NCBI RefSeq assembly: GCF_009914755.1
Contig: NC_060939.1
DNA from: the human T2T-CHM13v2.0 reference genome, Homo sapiens
Reading direction: 5' to 3' (one strand)
DNA: 64,000 bases
Shown here: one piece after another, positions 1-15,127 of the stretch
Position numbering within the stretch: the first letter of the stretch is position 1
Layout of the letters: every line of letters begins with the position of its first letter
Position numbers and translations under genes: made by a program
The notes under the pieces: generated by a model
The model's database searches: none
Told to the model about the DNA's origin: nothing
Seen by the model: the letters and a program-made list of their open reading frames with translations, nothing else

Positions 1-122
1 TACTCAGGAGGCTGAGGCAGGAGGATCACCTGAATCCAGGAGGTCGAGGTTGCAGTGAGCTGTGATTGTGCCACTGCACTCCAGCCTGGGCACATAGTGA
101 GACCTTGTCTCAAAATAAAACA
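1..122 (+). mobile_element. Alu right arm (cut by the window edge)
   Basis: Alu consensus match with A-rich tail. Confidence 0.9.
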
Positions 123-181
123 AAGAAGAATTACTAGAGACGAAAAAGTTAACTCTGCAGATATGGGATTAAAAGCAGTTA

Positions 182-484
<303 letters not shown>

Positions 485-1327
485 CTACACAAAGGAATGA
501 AGACCACTGACATAATAAATACATGGATAAATAGAAAAGATCCTATTTTCTTATTTTTTGATGTCTAGAAATAATTGACTGAGGCAAAAGTAATAACATT
601 ATGGGGTTTATAACATGTGGAAGTAAAATGATGATGAGAATGGCACAAGGGACAGGTGGGGAAATGTAAGAATACCATCATTATAAGGTGGCAGTCACAG
701 TTGAGGGAGGTGATAAATCTCTGTGATTCCACCTGGAATACTGCATTGCTCCTGGAAGTGGGAAGAGGGAGTTTCAGAGACTTCCCCTGGGCTCTTCCTA
801 CTATAGTGGCTCATACCCACAGGTCAGGGAGTAAAGTGAGAGCTCTGTTAGCTTCTAAGCATACTCATATCAATTGCATATTTAGGGACAGAGAAATGAC
901 AACCAGATGGGGCTGCAGCCTCTTCATCCAGGGATCCATTTATTACCTAGCCTTCACATGTCCTCAGTCTTACTGGGGAGGGGACATGGTGGCATTGTGG
1001 ATCTTATGGTGGCACGGTCAGCTCTAATCCTATATGAATGACCCTCAAACAGTCTGGGTATTCCCTTTTCATCAGCTACAGTTACTTTCATCAATGACCC
1101 CAGATCCCTTTGGAGAAGGACTGAGGTAATAATTAATGAATATCATGGGGTAATGTTGCAGGATCTTTTTCTAAGAATACCCAGCCTCCCCTACAATCCA
1201 TGAGCTATAGGTCTCAATTGTCTCAGTCTGAAAACTGGGTAGGAAATTGCAATTTTTTGTTGCAACCTTCTGTGGCCAGATCTTGTTGATGTTGTTTCCT
1301 GAATACACAAATCAGGAAATATCTTAG

Positions 1328-1620
<293 letters not shown>

Positions 1621-1948
1621 ACCACCCTAGTCAACTGCCTATGTAACTCTCCCCTGGAATGCCATCAGTTTGTAGCTAACACAACAGCTCCCTGGAGGTC
1701 AGGGCATCCTGGCTATCACTCTAGCCTTCCTACCAATTAAGTTAATTACATCCACCTTGTGGATGATGGTGAAGGGCCACCACCTGGCATCCACTGTTCT
1801 CACCTTCCACCATTCCCACTGACACCACGAAGCCTGGTCTCATGGCAGCATCTCCTCTTATCGATCCCGGCCTACCAAGGATAGTGCCACTGAGTCTCTC
1901 AAACATTCAGGTGCCCTTCTCGCTAGTGTCTGCTGGCATATAATGAAC

Positions 1949-2410
1949 TGTTGGGGGAAATTCAGCCAGATATCAGGCAAAATTCACCCCCGATATTTCA
2001 CATAGGTTCTTTTCTATTTTCCCTAAGTGTCGGCTGGTCTGAGAAATAAAGGGAAAGAGTACAAAAGAGAGAAATTTTAAAGCTGGGTGTCCGGGGGAGA
2101 CATCACATGTCAGCAGGTTCTGTGATGCCCCCCGAGCCGTAAAACCAGCAAGTTTTTATTAGTGATTTTCAAAAGGGGAGGGAGTGTACGAATAGGGTGT
2201 GGGTCACAGAGATCACATGCTTCACAAGGTAATAGAATATCACAAAGCAAATGGAGGCAGGGCGAGATCACAGGACCACAGGACCGGGGTGAAATTAAAA
2301 TTGCTAATGAAGTTTCAGGCACGCATTGTCATTGATAACATCTTATCAGGAGACAGGGTTTGAGAGCAGACAACTAGTCTGACCAAAATTTATTAGGTGG
2401 GAATTTCCTC
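1949..2410 (-). mobile_element. MER11 (HERV-K11/HML-8 LTR), 3' portion
   Basis: The reverse strand reads ...aaaatcactaataaaaacttgctgg...gatatctggctgaatttcccccaaca, the MER11 R/U5 end. Confidence 0.8.
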
Positions 2411-2511
2411 GAAAATAATGGGGCTGATAGAGTATCCAGTGTATCTTAGTTTTTGGATAATTATCACTAGGCATTTGATAGATTGGTTGGAGCATCTGAA
2501 AAAATGGGTAG

Positions 2512-3700
<1,189 letters not shown>

Positions 3701-4223
3701 AACAAAAAACAATTGCAAAACCTAAAGAAAATTAATAATCTAGAGCAGACCAGCCTTTTATACATGAGGTCACTGAAGTGCAGAGAGGTGAACTGACTTG
3801 TCTCATCTTACACAGCAAGTCACTGGCAGAGCTTGACCTGAAACCCAAAGCCAAGCGTTTTCTATTACCTCCAGGTCCTTCAGGCCAGCCCTCCCAGGGC
3901 TCGGCCTTGGGAATTGGTATTGGTGACAAAGGGAATAAAGAGGAACATGCATAGAGCTCTCCATTTAGATTGACATATTCACACTGTGCCAGGGCATCAG
4001 CAAGAAACAGTGCAGGCTCCAAGCGCTTGCCCCAACCCCATCCTCTCTCATAACCAACTTCAGCTAAAAGGTCTGAGAAGATAAGGGAATCTTAGGTGAC
4101 TCTCACTAGGGTGTAAATGACTCCCACCATGATTTTTATCTTATCAAGACATAACTCTAAAAACAGTTTGATGGATACGATGCCAGGCAGTAGGATGAAG
4201 ACAGATGGGGAAACTGCCTACCT

Positions 4224-4460
4224 TAGGTCAGGAGTTTGAGAACAGCCTGGCCAACATGGTGAAGCTCCATTTCTACTAAAAGTACAAAAATTAGCCGGGT
4301 GTGATGGCGTGTGCCTGTAATCCCAAGCTACTCCAGAGTCTGAGGTGGGAGGATCGCTTGAACCCGGGAGGTGGAGGTTGCAGTGAGTCGAGATTGAACC
4401 ACTGCAAACCAGCCTGGGCAATAGAGAGAGACTCCATCTCAAAAAAAAAAAAAAAAAAAA
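4224..4460 (+). mobile_element. 5'-truncated AluS
   Basis: Alu match with A20 tail. Confidence 0.9.
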
Positions 4461-4574
4461 GTCAGACCAACCCACGGGGAGGCAGAGGGTAGGTGAGGGG
4501 GGTGTGGCTGGGTTTACGGTGGTGCACTCATAGAGTCGGCTTGGGAACAGGGAGCTGTGTGTGTGTGGAAGTTA

Positions 4575-4760
4575 AAAGATAGGCTTTGGAGGGACCTGGC
4601 TTTAAATCCCAGCTTTGCTGTGTGACCTTGGACAACCTGCTTACCCTTTGTGATCTCATATGCAAATGGGGGTGATAATGCATACTTCACAAATTGTGAG
4701 GATTGAATGAGACAGCATATAGAAAGTACTAAATTTAGTGATTGGCAACACACTAAAAAA
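4575..4760 (+). mobile_element. MIR
   Basis: aaatcccagctttgctgtgtgaccttggacaa...atgggggtgataat...gtgaggattgaatgaga. Confidence 0.7.
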
Positions 4761-7700
4761 TAACTCTATACACCCAGCACCCTAGACCAGAAGGCATTGT
4801 GCTGACTCCCAGAATGCACTAGAAAGCAGTCTGCTTCTTCCCTTCCTGCCCTTCCTCTCCTCTCCTCTGTTCTCCTTTCCTCTGTTCTCTCCTTTTTTCT
4901 CTCCTCCCCTGCCCACCCTATCCCTCTTCCCTTCCCCTTCCTCTCTCACTCTCCTCTCCCCTGATTCCAGCCCATTTAGTATCTAGGTGACTCTATCCCA
5001 AGCTTCTTCTCCTGGTGCCTTTGTCCCCATCTCTCCAAGCCACCTTGATTGTCTCCTCTACCTGACAGGGTCACCCTGCTGGCTGCAGGCTGGAGGGATT
5101 TATAGCAATTCCCTCCCTCCTTGCCTGCACGGGGCTACCAGACAGCCGGAAGATATGTGGGTTGGACACAGTGGGGCCCTGGGAGAGGCAAATAAATACA
5201 TCAAGTTCCCAGCTGAGTCTGGAGATAAGGACGCAGGAAGATGGGGCTGCAGGATTCACAGATGCTGCACTGCACGGGGTCACTCTTCATAGCCTGATTC
5301 CTCTGGCTTCCCCAGGAAAGTCTATTTGGGGCACTTTGAAGAGGACACAGAAGAGGACAGCACCTGAGCAATCTTTTCCTGGGAGGCGCTGCACTGAGGC
5401 ACCCTTCCTCAGCTTGGATTTGGTAGGGACAGGCTTGAGGAGTGAGAATGTGACAGACCCAACCCCAAGATGAGGCAGGAAGGAGGGAAATTGAGCCCCA
5501 CAGCACAGGAGGGGAAACTGAGGCTGAGAAGGGAGAAAGACTTCCAAAGTCTCACAGGAAGTCAGTGAAGAGAAGTTACAGTCCCCTAACCCCTGATCTA
5601 CCACTTTAGACCCCCTTACACTGAATTGTGCCTGGCTTCCCCCAGACTTGGCCATTTGAACTGGCCTTGCCTGGGTACAGAATTCCAGGTATCTCTGCAA
5701 CATGCCAGGATCCACCTCAGGGAGGGTTCTCCTCCCTCCAGATCTCTGCCCCAGCCAGCTGCCTGATGAGATGCCCTCTCTATGGGGCCTGATTTGGGGT
5801 CAGCATCCTATTATAGATAACTCAAGGGTACAACATCAGTCTCTCCCACACATGGATGGGATTCTGTTCTAGTGCCCGTGGGCAATGGAGTGGGGGTACG
5901 GGGGACTAACGCAGGAGACCTGAAGTGGGGGCGCCTGTCCCATCCACCCCAGAGACAGCTGCCCTTGCCACTGTCGAGGCCACACCTGCCCAAGAGCCTC
6001 AAGGGCCTCCTAATCAGCAAGCTCACCCACAGCCACCAGGCTTGGCACGTCCTTGACCCAGACTGCCCAGATAGGCTGGGGACATTTCCCATTCCCAACT
6101 GCTCTGTGACCTCTCTTTGGCCTCTGTCTCCCTCCCAGTAAAGTGAAAGGGATAGAGGACCTCCAGGCCCCAAACTCTGATGCTGGGTGACTCTCTGATC
6201 CTTGAAGGCTGTCATTGCATCTCCCTAAGGTGGGTGCAGACTTCACAGAGTCTTTCCAGGCTACTAGAGCTGATTGCCTACAGGCAAGGAGAGGGGAAAG
6301 TGCTTGGGAGTCCCATCCCCCAGGGGCAGCCCTTGGCCAATGTCTGACTGCTGTGCATCTGTGGAAGTGAGCTTCCCTGCCTCTCATTGGGACAAACAGG
6401 ATTCATTTTCATTCTGGAGCTTCCTGGGATCAGTCCAACATTGAGACTGTGCCTGAAATCACACCTTTGCTTAGCTTCTTCCTCTTCCTTTCCTACTTCC
6501 CCTTCTCTCTTCTGGTTGTTTTTCGCTTGGGCAGTTTTTTAAACAGCCACCTGCACACAAAACATTGTCTCAGCTCTGCTTCTGGGAAGCCACTTTCAAG
6601 AGTAAATGAAAACAGTCTATTGAAAGCAAGAGACTGAAGGTCTGAGGGAAAAGTCAGTTTTATTTCAGCCCACCAAGTGCCCTCCCTGTGCTGTTCTGGG
6701 CTTTGATGGGGACAGTGGAGGGGAAGGCCCTGCGCAGCCCCCCAACCCCAGGAGCTTTGAGTCTGGGGGATGGAGGAGGAGGAGGAGACTCTGGGCCAGC
6801 CCTCCTGCGGTCTGCAGGAGGCCACAGGAGGTGGTGGGGGGTTCTCTGAATGTGTGTTTATTGTGGCCTTTCTGTGTCCTGTGATGGCCCCACGGAATGG
6901 AGGACTGAGAGTTGCAGAGCAGGAAGGGGTGGCAGCCTTGTTCTTTCCTGGTCAATGTGCCAGGCTCCCAAAATATTCAGTGATCAGATTTTAACCTCAA
7001 ATAGCAGTGCCCCAACCGCCCCTGAATCTTGCTATGGAAAGAGCCTTTGGTAAGTGTTTTGAAGCAGGAAGACTCCCTCTGCCCACAGAGCAGTGCACAG
7101 CAGTTTGGGGGAGGGGCTAGCTCCTGGGACCCAAGCGGGCCTCAAGAGATGAGGCGGGAGGCGGGTTGCAGTGTGATGGGAGGGGAGACACAGAAATTGC
7201 CAAGGGCCATGAGGAAGAGAGGAAGCCACAACCCCAGGCTCCCAAGGAGGGTGTCTTCCTGCAGGAAGCCCTGTCAGATGGCAGCCTGCGGCCCAAAAGC
7301 CCCAACTCAACCTGCAAACTGGCTTCTTCTAAGGCCACAGCACCCAAGGGCCTCAAGACACACATCTAGCCCATTCCCCTACCATTGCATGGGTGGAAAC
7401 CTAGAAGGAGAGAGGGCAAGGAGTTGCTTAAGACCACTTAGAGAGTTTGTGAAGCTGGAGTGAGCTTTCAGGTTGTGGAGCTCCAAGCCCAGTGTGGTCT
7501 GCCCCACTTTGCACTGCCCCACATTTTTCCTAAGACCAAGGTAGAATTATTCCTCCTGTTTTCCACCTCAACAGTAAAAGTGCCTCTCTTCTCTGCCATG
7601 GGACTGGGAGACATGTTCAGGATGTGAAGTCATATAGGGACATCTTTGAGTTCATAAACATCTCCTGTTCATAAATATCCGACTAAAGACTGAAGCTTCC

Positions 7701-7779
7701 ACTGCTCCCAAAATAGCTTTGGATCCCAGCACAGGCATTTCCAAGAACAGATTTTTATCCTTTCAAGAATTCCGTGAAA

Positions 7780-7920
7780 GAGCTGGGTGCGATGTGTGCC
7801 TCTAGGCACAGCTACTTGGGAGGATGAGGCAGGAGGATCACTTGAGCCCAGGATTTGAGGCCAGCTGGACAATACAGTTTGATCCTCAGCCCAAATAAAT
7901 AAATAAGTATAAAAATAAAT
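7780..7920 (+). mobile_element. Alu monomer (FLAM/FAM-like)
   Basis: Monomer match with (AAAT)n tail. Confidence 0.75.
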
Positions 7921-8394
7921 CAATCGATCCAAGAATTCTGTGAAAGCAAAGAATCCTCTGGTTTGTATGCCTACCAGAGTTTCCTGAAGTTGGTCACACA
8001 CACTGCCCTGACCCTGACTGTGATCTCAGACTGTGGATATAGATTGGTCTAAACTCCAGATAAGGAAGTATCTAGTATGGTCCATTATAATCCTGGTCAT
8101 TCTCATTTCAATTCATTTTGATACAATATTAGGCTACTCTGAACATGCAATTCCCCAATCCTTCTATTTAAAAGGGATTTCTTGCTTGTAGTGAGCCTTG
8201 GGATTGACTCCTCTATAGCCATATCAGGGCCAGATAATTATTCTGAACCAATCAGTTTCATCCCCTTCACCAGTGACTGGTTCAGAGATAAACAGTCCTA
8301 TGACAATAGGTGTCAAGACCCAGGGGAGAGGCTGTGGCTTCGGAAAAGAGAAGCCTGTCTTTCTAACCCACTAGTCTGTTAACATTACGTTTGT

Positions 8395-8784
<390 letters not shown>

Positions 8785-9119
8785 CTATTAAGGGTGGCAG
8801 AGGGGAGAGATGAAAGAACTTGCAACTGCTGATGTCACTGAGCCGCTGAATCAACAGCCGGGAAGCCAGCCTTGCTTCCTGCTTTGTGAGACGATACACT
8901 TAATACTTTCCATCCTTGGGGGTGGGAATCTTGTTATTTGCCGATGGAAATATTACACATCATCCCCAGCCCCCACTCCCCTGCCTCACCCGGCCCTACC
9001 CTTTACCATGGCAAGTCCTGCCACGGAGGAGCTGGCTGCCTCAGAAAATCTCTTGGGGAAACCAGTCCTGCCTGAATTGGGGTGGGATTGCCAAGCATTT
9101 TGCATCCCGCCCCCCTTAC

Positions 9120-9458
9120 TTGTTTTTTGGTGTTTTTTTGTTTTGTTTTTTGTTTTCGTTTTTGTTTTTGTTTTGAGACAGAGTCTCACTCTGTTGCCCA
9201 GGCTGGAGTGCAGTGGTGTGATCATGGCTTATGGCTGCCTCGACCTCCTGGGCTCAAGCGATCCTCTGGTCTCAGTCTCCCTCCAGAGTAGCTGGGACCA
9301 CAGTTGTGTGCCACCACGCCCAACTAATTTAAAAAAAATGTAGAGATGAGGTCTGACTATGTTGCCCAAGCTGGTCTTAAACTCCTGGGCTCAAATATTC
9401 CTTCTATCTTGGCATCCCAAAGTGCTGGGATTACAGGCATGAGCCATCTTGCTCAGCC
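9120..9458 (-). mobile_element. AluJ-like
   Basis: Antisense Alu with (TTTTG)n tail. Confidence 0.9.
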
Positions 9459-10266
9459 ATGTTCCCCTTTGAATGCAGGAGTATCGCCTCTTCCAGGCAG
9501 GAGTTCCTCTTATTCAGTGAGACAAGCACAGACCCAGATAATTACATGAGCTGCCACTGGAAGAGCTGCTGTTAATTTTGATGGCAATAAAAGGCCTTGC
9601 CAGTACGTTAAGCTAATTTCATGAAAATGCTGGGAGGAGGGTCATGGGCTGGATCCCAGATTATTAATAATGTCGAGCTTCATTTGAACCATTCAGAAAA
9701 TTCCTCTCAGTTGCCTCCAGCAAACTGCAACAGGTTGCTACTTTCCTCTGAAATCAACAGTCTTCTCATAGGCAAATGTGGATTTTTTTGTTTTTCCCTA
9801 GAAAATAATTAAAGTCACAAAGTCCAATAAATACTTAAACAGAATGTAGTTTTAATTAAAAACCTTCCACCAAGTCTGCAGTTGCGGGTCTCTCTTTGCA
9901 AACAGGCATGCTGACAAGCATCAGTCTAAGTATCTGAAACTAGAAACCTTTACAAATAATAATAGTAAATCTGGTTTCTACATATACCCATGGTGTGTGT
10001 GTGTGCAAAGGGGGTGGTGGTGGTGAAGAGGTCTGGGGGCAGAGCCAAGGTGCTCCCCTGTGGAGGAGGCAGGACACAAGCCTGTAGGGGTGTGTGCAGC
10101 AGAACCTTTTATCAAACTTGTGTCCCACTCTGCAAGGCAATAATAATGGCTAATTCAGCTATTATATAAAAAACGTATCTCAAGTACTGAGCACTAAGTG
10201 TCAGGTACTAAGTGCTTTGCGTACATTGATTCATTTAATCCTCAAGGTGACCGAAAAGCATAGGTA

Positions 10267-10565
10267 TTTTTTTTTTTTTTTTTTTTTTTTTGAGACAGAG
10301 TCTCGCTCTGTCGCCCAGGCCGGAATGCAGTGGCACTATCTCGGCTCACTGCAACCTCTGCCTCCCGAGATTCTCCTGCCTCAGCCTCCTGAGTAGCTGG
10401 GATTACAGGCATGCACCACCACGCCCGGCTAATTTTTGTATTTTTAGCAGAGACGAGGTTTCACCATGTTGGTCAGGCTGGTCTCGAACTCCTGACCTTG
10501 TGATCCGCCCGCCTGGGCCTCCCAAAGTGCTGGGATTATTACAGGTGTGAGCCACCGCGCCTGGT
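10267..10565 (-). mobile_element. AluS inserted in a MIR
   Basis: T25 tail; MIR-like text on both flanks. Confidence 0.9.
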
Positions 10566-10813
10566 CAGTACTCTTATTTATGCCTTTTTTTCTTGAGGCA
10601 CAGAGAGGTTAAATAGCTTGGCTAAGGACACACAGTCAGTACATAATGGAGTCTGACGCTAGGACCTGCCCGCCTGACGACTACATAGAACCTGTACAAG
10701 GAAAGGCCGGAGGAGGGAGTATAAACAGGGCCTGGCTTCCCTGAGGAGTGATCTTTCGACTGGAAATTAGAAAAGGAAAGCAGCTTCTTGAGGGTGTGGG
10801 GCTGGAGAGAACA

Positions 10814-10815
<2 letters not shown>

Positions 10816-10874
<59 letters not shown>
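10816..10874. repeat. (TG)n microsatellite, about 29 units
   Basis: Perfect dinucleotide run. Confidence 0.97.
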
Positions 10875-10875
<1 letters not shown>

Positions 10876-11219
10876 TGTGCGCGCAGAAGCTGAAAGATGG
10901 GAAGTAGTGAGTGTTCAGGGGCTTCTGACTGGAGGGCAGCCTTGGGGAAGGTCTCCGCAGCCTTAACCGGCTGCTATGCTGGGGATGTTTGATGCCCATC
11001 TGGGCCCCGGCTTTCTTATTCTCAGAGGCCCTTCCCACATCTTTAGGCAAGTCCATTAAATCCTCCGCGTGCCACATTAAAATACAAGGGCAAGTACAAC
11101 TCTGAGTGCAGTTGCAACAGAATCGTTTGCACAATGTCGCATGTCTTAAACATTCAATCAAACATCGATTACTTCCAATTTTGCAGTTTTCTTTGCCCCT
11201 GTTAGCGCCAACAGATTTT

Positions 11220-13200
11220 TTTTTCCAGATCTCAGACATTTATTTTAATAGGCCCCTGACAAAGTCATAAGACTCAGAGAGAAGGGAGAGTGGGAGAGGT
11301 GTATAGGAAGGTTTTGTGCCAGGGACTAGTCGCTCAAGAATTAGGAGACGCCCTGGGCACTGGAAACTACGCAGCGCGAAGTAGGGACAGCGCCTGTGTT
11401 GTGTAGTGGACCAGAGGTTGCTGATACCTGGGACATAGACTGGGTGGGCACGGGAAGTAAAGCCTCGGGACTTTGGTTAAGCGCGCCCCACTGGCGTATC
11501 GCGCCGCGGGACTGCAGAGCCGTGAGCAGCGGTCGCCTTGGTGCAGGGTTCCAGCCACATCTTCCTCGCCCAGCCAGCACCCTCTGCCGTTGACCCGCCT
11601 CTGCGCCCGGCAAGCGGCTTCCAGCAGGGGGCGCGCGCGGACCAGGCTTGGGCCCTAGAACAGCGCGGATGGAGTCGCTGGAGCAAGTCCCCAGATCCAA
11701 CCGGTTTCAACCCTCCCCACCCTCCCGACGCTCCGGGTTCGCGACGTTGAAGTTAAGGGTCGATCCGCAGAAAGCGGCCAGGGGCTCCAGCTCTCCATTC
11801 CTGGGGCTGTCTGGGGTCGGCTCCAGCCTGGTTAGAAGCCTTAGTCTGGATTCGGCAGATTCTGAATCTGGGACCCTCTGCGCTAGCGGCTTGGAACCTT
11901 GTCACCCTCCCCTCCCCCACCCCTACTTCCACACACCTGATTAGTTGTCTGTTTCTTTAATGATCAAAGACGTGGGCGGCGGCGGGATGAGGTCTTGGTT
12001 CCCGGCTCCACAGCCCTCCCTAACTGTCATTATTAACGTTATAAACATTAGACCCGCTTCTGCGCGCCGGACGGCGCCGGACGAGGTGCGCGCAGTCTTC
12101 TAGCTGAGCTCGGAGGCAGATCCAGAAGTCGCGGCTCCCACCCCAGGCCTCGGCGGACTCTGCCTGGGGCGACTCGGGCTCCAGCCCTGCCCGGGCGGGC
12201 ACTGGGCTCTCCAGGGTCGAAGGCAGGGGTAAGGGGCGTCTTTCCCCCAGGGCAGCCTCCGGGAACAAAAGCATTTGCTGTAGAGTGAGCTAGAGCCTCC
12301 GGGCCCGCGGGAGTCAGCTCCCGCCCAGGGGTGGTCACCGCGTCCTTAACCACCCCAGGAGCCCCGTCTCCCTGCCGAACTCCTTGGCTTCTGCAACCCT
12401 GTCAAGACAGCAAGGAAAGGGGGTCTTCCCTGGTCCTCGGGCCCCGAAGTTTCGGGGTTGCTTATAGGACGGGTTCCTGCAGTCCAGGGAAGCTCTGGGC
12501 AGATAGCGAGCCCATTCTCCCTTCCATTACCCAGATTCTGCCTCCCTGCGGAAGGCAAAAAAGAAAGAAAGAAAATAGGTAAAAACCGGCGGAGGGCCTT
12601 GAGCCTCCCCGCCTGGCGCCCCTCACTCAGTCCCGAAAAGTCCCCTGGACACGCCATGCCGGACCGGACTCAGCTCCCGCTGCTGGGCCCCTGCCTCCAA
12701 ATATCCTTCCCAGGCACAGGCTCCCAAGACCGCCCCCTCAGGGTTCCCAACACCCGGACAACTGCCCAAGACGCCGCTCCCCGCCCCCACCCCCACCTTG
12801 TTCGGCAGACAAAGAAGGGTGTGCTGGCCCCGCCGTCTGCCTCCTTCTCCCGACCCCACAAGGCCTAGAAACCTCAGGGACTCACCCCGGGCTAGGGACC
12901 CAATCCTGGCTGTCCCACCACAGGATCCCCGGCAGGGACGGGTCACAGTGCTCTCACCCCTCGACCATTTTCGAAGACACCTTCCCTGAAAGGCGCCTTG
13001 CGCCCTCCCCATGGGTCGGCGGGGGGGGACTCCAGGCCCGAGCAGGCGGTGTGAAGTTCTGTGTTCTGAACTGGGGCTGAGCAAGATGCGATGGTCTCAG
13101 CCCGCTGGGCCGCCCGTAGCGACGGCAGGAGTAGGGGAGAGGGAGGGACGCTTGGAGTGTGAGCGCACCAGTCTGTTCATATTTAATTTACAAAGCAGCC
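11220..13200 (-). ncRNA. Divergent spliced lncRNA from the ISLR2 promoter (probably LOC283731, from recall)
   Basis: Minus-strand donor GG|gtgagt (plus-strand actcac 12880-12885), very strong acceptor tttctttctttcttttttgccttccgcag| (AG at plus 12547-12546), and minus-strand AATAAA at 11244-11239. Both ends are approximate. Confidence 0.55.
11621..11634 (+). promoter_or_regulatory. Candidate CTCF site
   Basis: CCAGCAGGGGGCGC matches the CTCF core CCASYAGRKGGCRS and sits near the left edge of the CpG island. Confidence 0.6.
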
Positions 13201-14324
13201 TCGGAACCCCGGGCCGGGTGGTCTCTTTAGACGCTGCGCTCTTAGCCTGTCTCTCTTCCCCACCCCCTCCCCTAGCTCATTAAGATGCTCAACACTCAAA
13301 TCGGGGTATTGATCTCCACGGAAGCCCCAAACCCTCGCCATCGAGAGACCCCCATGGCCCGGGGTGATGGCTGTGGGGCTTGGTGCTCCCAGAGAGCTCA
13401 GTGGCTACAGAATGGGTGGGGATTCTGCGTGTCTCCCGGAGCCTGAACCCCTTTCCTGGTTATGGCCGGTAGCTGTCTCCAGGGCTAACGTGGGCAGCGC
13501 AGGGGGGCGGAAACCGGGTTTTAGCCAAATGCCTCGACATCGCCGCGCCTCCGCCTCCTCGTCGCTGAAAGAAATGTCGGGGTTTCATCAGAGCTAGGGA
13601 GCGACAGTCGGGAACAGCGAGTCTGCCGAAGCCGGCTGTTGTGTGAGGGTGTGAGACGGCGGGGCGGTGAGGGGCCACCGCGGCTTGGGGGATAGTGCGT
13701 GTGGGGTTGACCGTGTGTCTGCTTGAGAGGCTGTGAAGATATGGGGGGCAGATATGGGAGAAATGCTCGGGCCTGAAGTCCCCAGCCCACCGTGCTCAAG
13801 AGTAGCGGACGTTTTGCCACCATCCTTGTCTGTGCTACTGTCTGCTGCAGCTTCCGTGCCCCGTTCTCCTGGAGCAGGCAAGACCTGGAGTGAGGTGCTT
13901 GGGTGCGCTCGAGAGAGCTTCCCCCTGCTCCACCTGTCCCGCGGTGCGCGCAGGCCAACGCGTCGGGCAGTGGGCTTCAAGCGCTGGTTTAGCCACAAAA
14001 GACCAGAAGTAAAGAGTTCCGGCTTAAGAGGCTGGGCAGGGCTGCGGTGGGCTGGGGAGGGGGGTGTCCCTTCCCAGCACGCCCTGCAGGGCTGTGCGTT
14101 CTGGTGTCGGGTTAGACTAGCAGGCGGGGCGGGGGGGTTGGGGCGGCGGGGCGGGGGAGACTAGGGCTTATATCAGCCCAGATCCAGGCAAAAATGGTAG
14201 GGAGGGTGCGGCGCTCTGCTAACACTATCAATTATGCATCATGTTGAACGTGGCTTCGGGGAGGAGGCGGCTAGCAGCGGGGGGTGCGGGAGGGAAGGGT
14301 CCGCGCGAGCTCGGCTGCGCGCAG

Positions 14325-14542
14325 CTCAGCGGGTCCCGCTCGAAGTCTGTCGGTGCCACCGCCTGCATTTGCAAAAAGAGTTTAAAGGCAAAGACACGCC
14401 TTCCCCCCCCACTTCAGCCGCGCGCCTTTCCTTCCCCCAAATTCCTCAAAGATGGTTTGTCTCACGTGTTGCAGGGCGTAAAAGCGGCTTGCATTCAATT
14501 AGCAGCGAAGCTCGCGGGCGCTGGCGGGACAGGCGCGTGAGG
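14325..14542 (+). other. ISLR2: ISLR2 5' UTR exon (proximal first exon); TSS approximate
   Basis: Consensus donor GAGG|gtgagt at 14542/14543, with an alternative CG|gtaagt at 14586/14587. Lies in the CpG island downstream of GC boxes. Internal acceptor tgttgcag| at 14474. Confidence 0.7.
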
Positions 14543-15127
14543 GTGAGTTCGCGTGAATGTGTGTATGCGTGTGCGAGAGGAGAACGGTAAGTGTCCCGGG
14601 TGCAGGTGTGCCCGTGAAAATGCGTGTGAATGTAGCAGGGGCTGAACACATTGATGCGATTATTACCTGACCATGGATGATTGTAAACTGTGAAGGTCGG
14701 CTATGGGGAGGGTGTGAGGGACTGTGTGCGCGAATGTGTTTGAACGTGGGGTGGGGGAGGTGGTGTGATCAGGGACAGTAACAATGCCAGCGGCTGTGTA
14801 AATGTGGGGGTACGTGGGTTATGGGGGTGCAGTAGGCTGCGAAGAGCCCAGCCAGGACAGTGGGCGTGGGATGCCCCTTATGACCGACGTGTCTTGGCCT
14901 TGGGGAGGGTCTCCGTGGCTTTAACAAAAGTAGACCAAGCAGGAGGCGGGAGAGGCTATGCGCGTCCCCGCCAGGCCCGGGAGTGCGCAAGGACTTTCTC
15001 CAACCTGCAGCCAGAGAGGTGGGGGAAACGGACGCAAAAGGAAAAATTGAAGTGGTACTTTGGGGCCACCAAGTCCCCAAACTTACCTGTCCCTTTCTTT
15101 GCCCCCCGCCCCCCGTTTTCCCCACAG

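Larger units (their letters stand above)
11350..14620. promoter_or_regulatory. CpG island / bidirectional promoter region of ISLR2 and the antisense lncRNA
   Basis: Dense CpG and GC-rich sequence with GC boxes (GGGCGG), free of Alus. Confidence 0.85.

Noticed and set aside
10622-11239. 205-aa minus-strand ORF
   Set aside because: It runs through the (CA)n repeat (poly-HT), has no domain, and begins at the putative poly(A) signal.
11370-11395. REST/NRSE right half-site GGACAGCGCC upstream of a neuronal gene
   Set aside because: No convincing TTCAGCACC left half at canonical spacing; not supportable without ChIP data.
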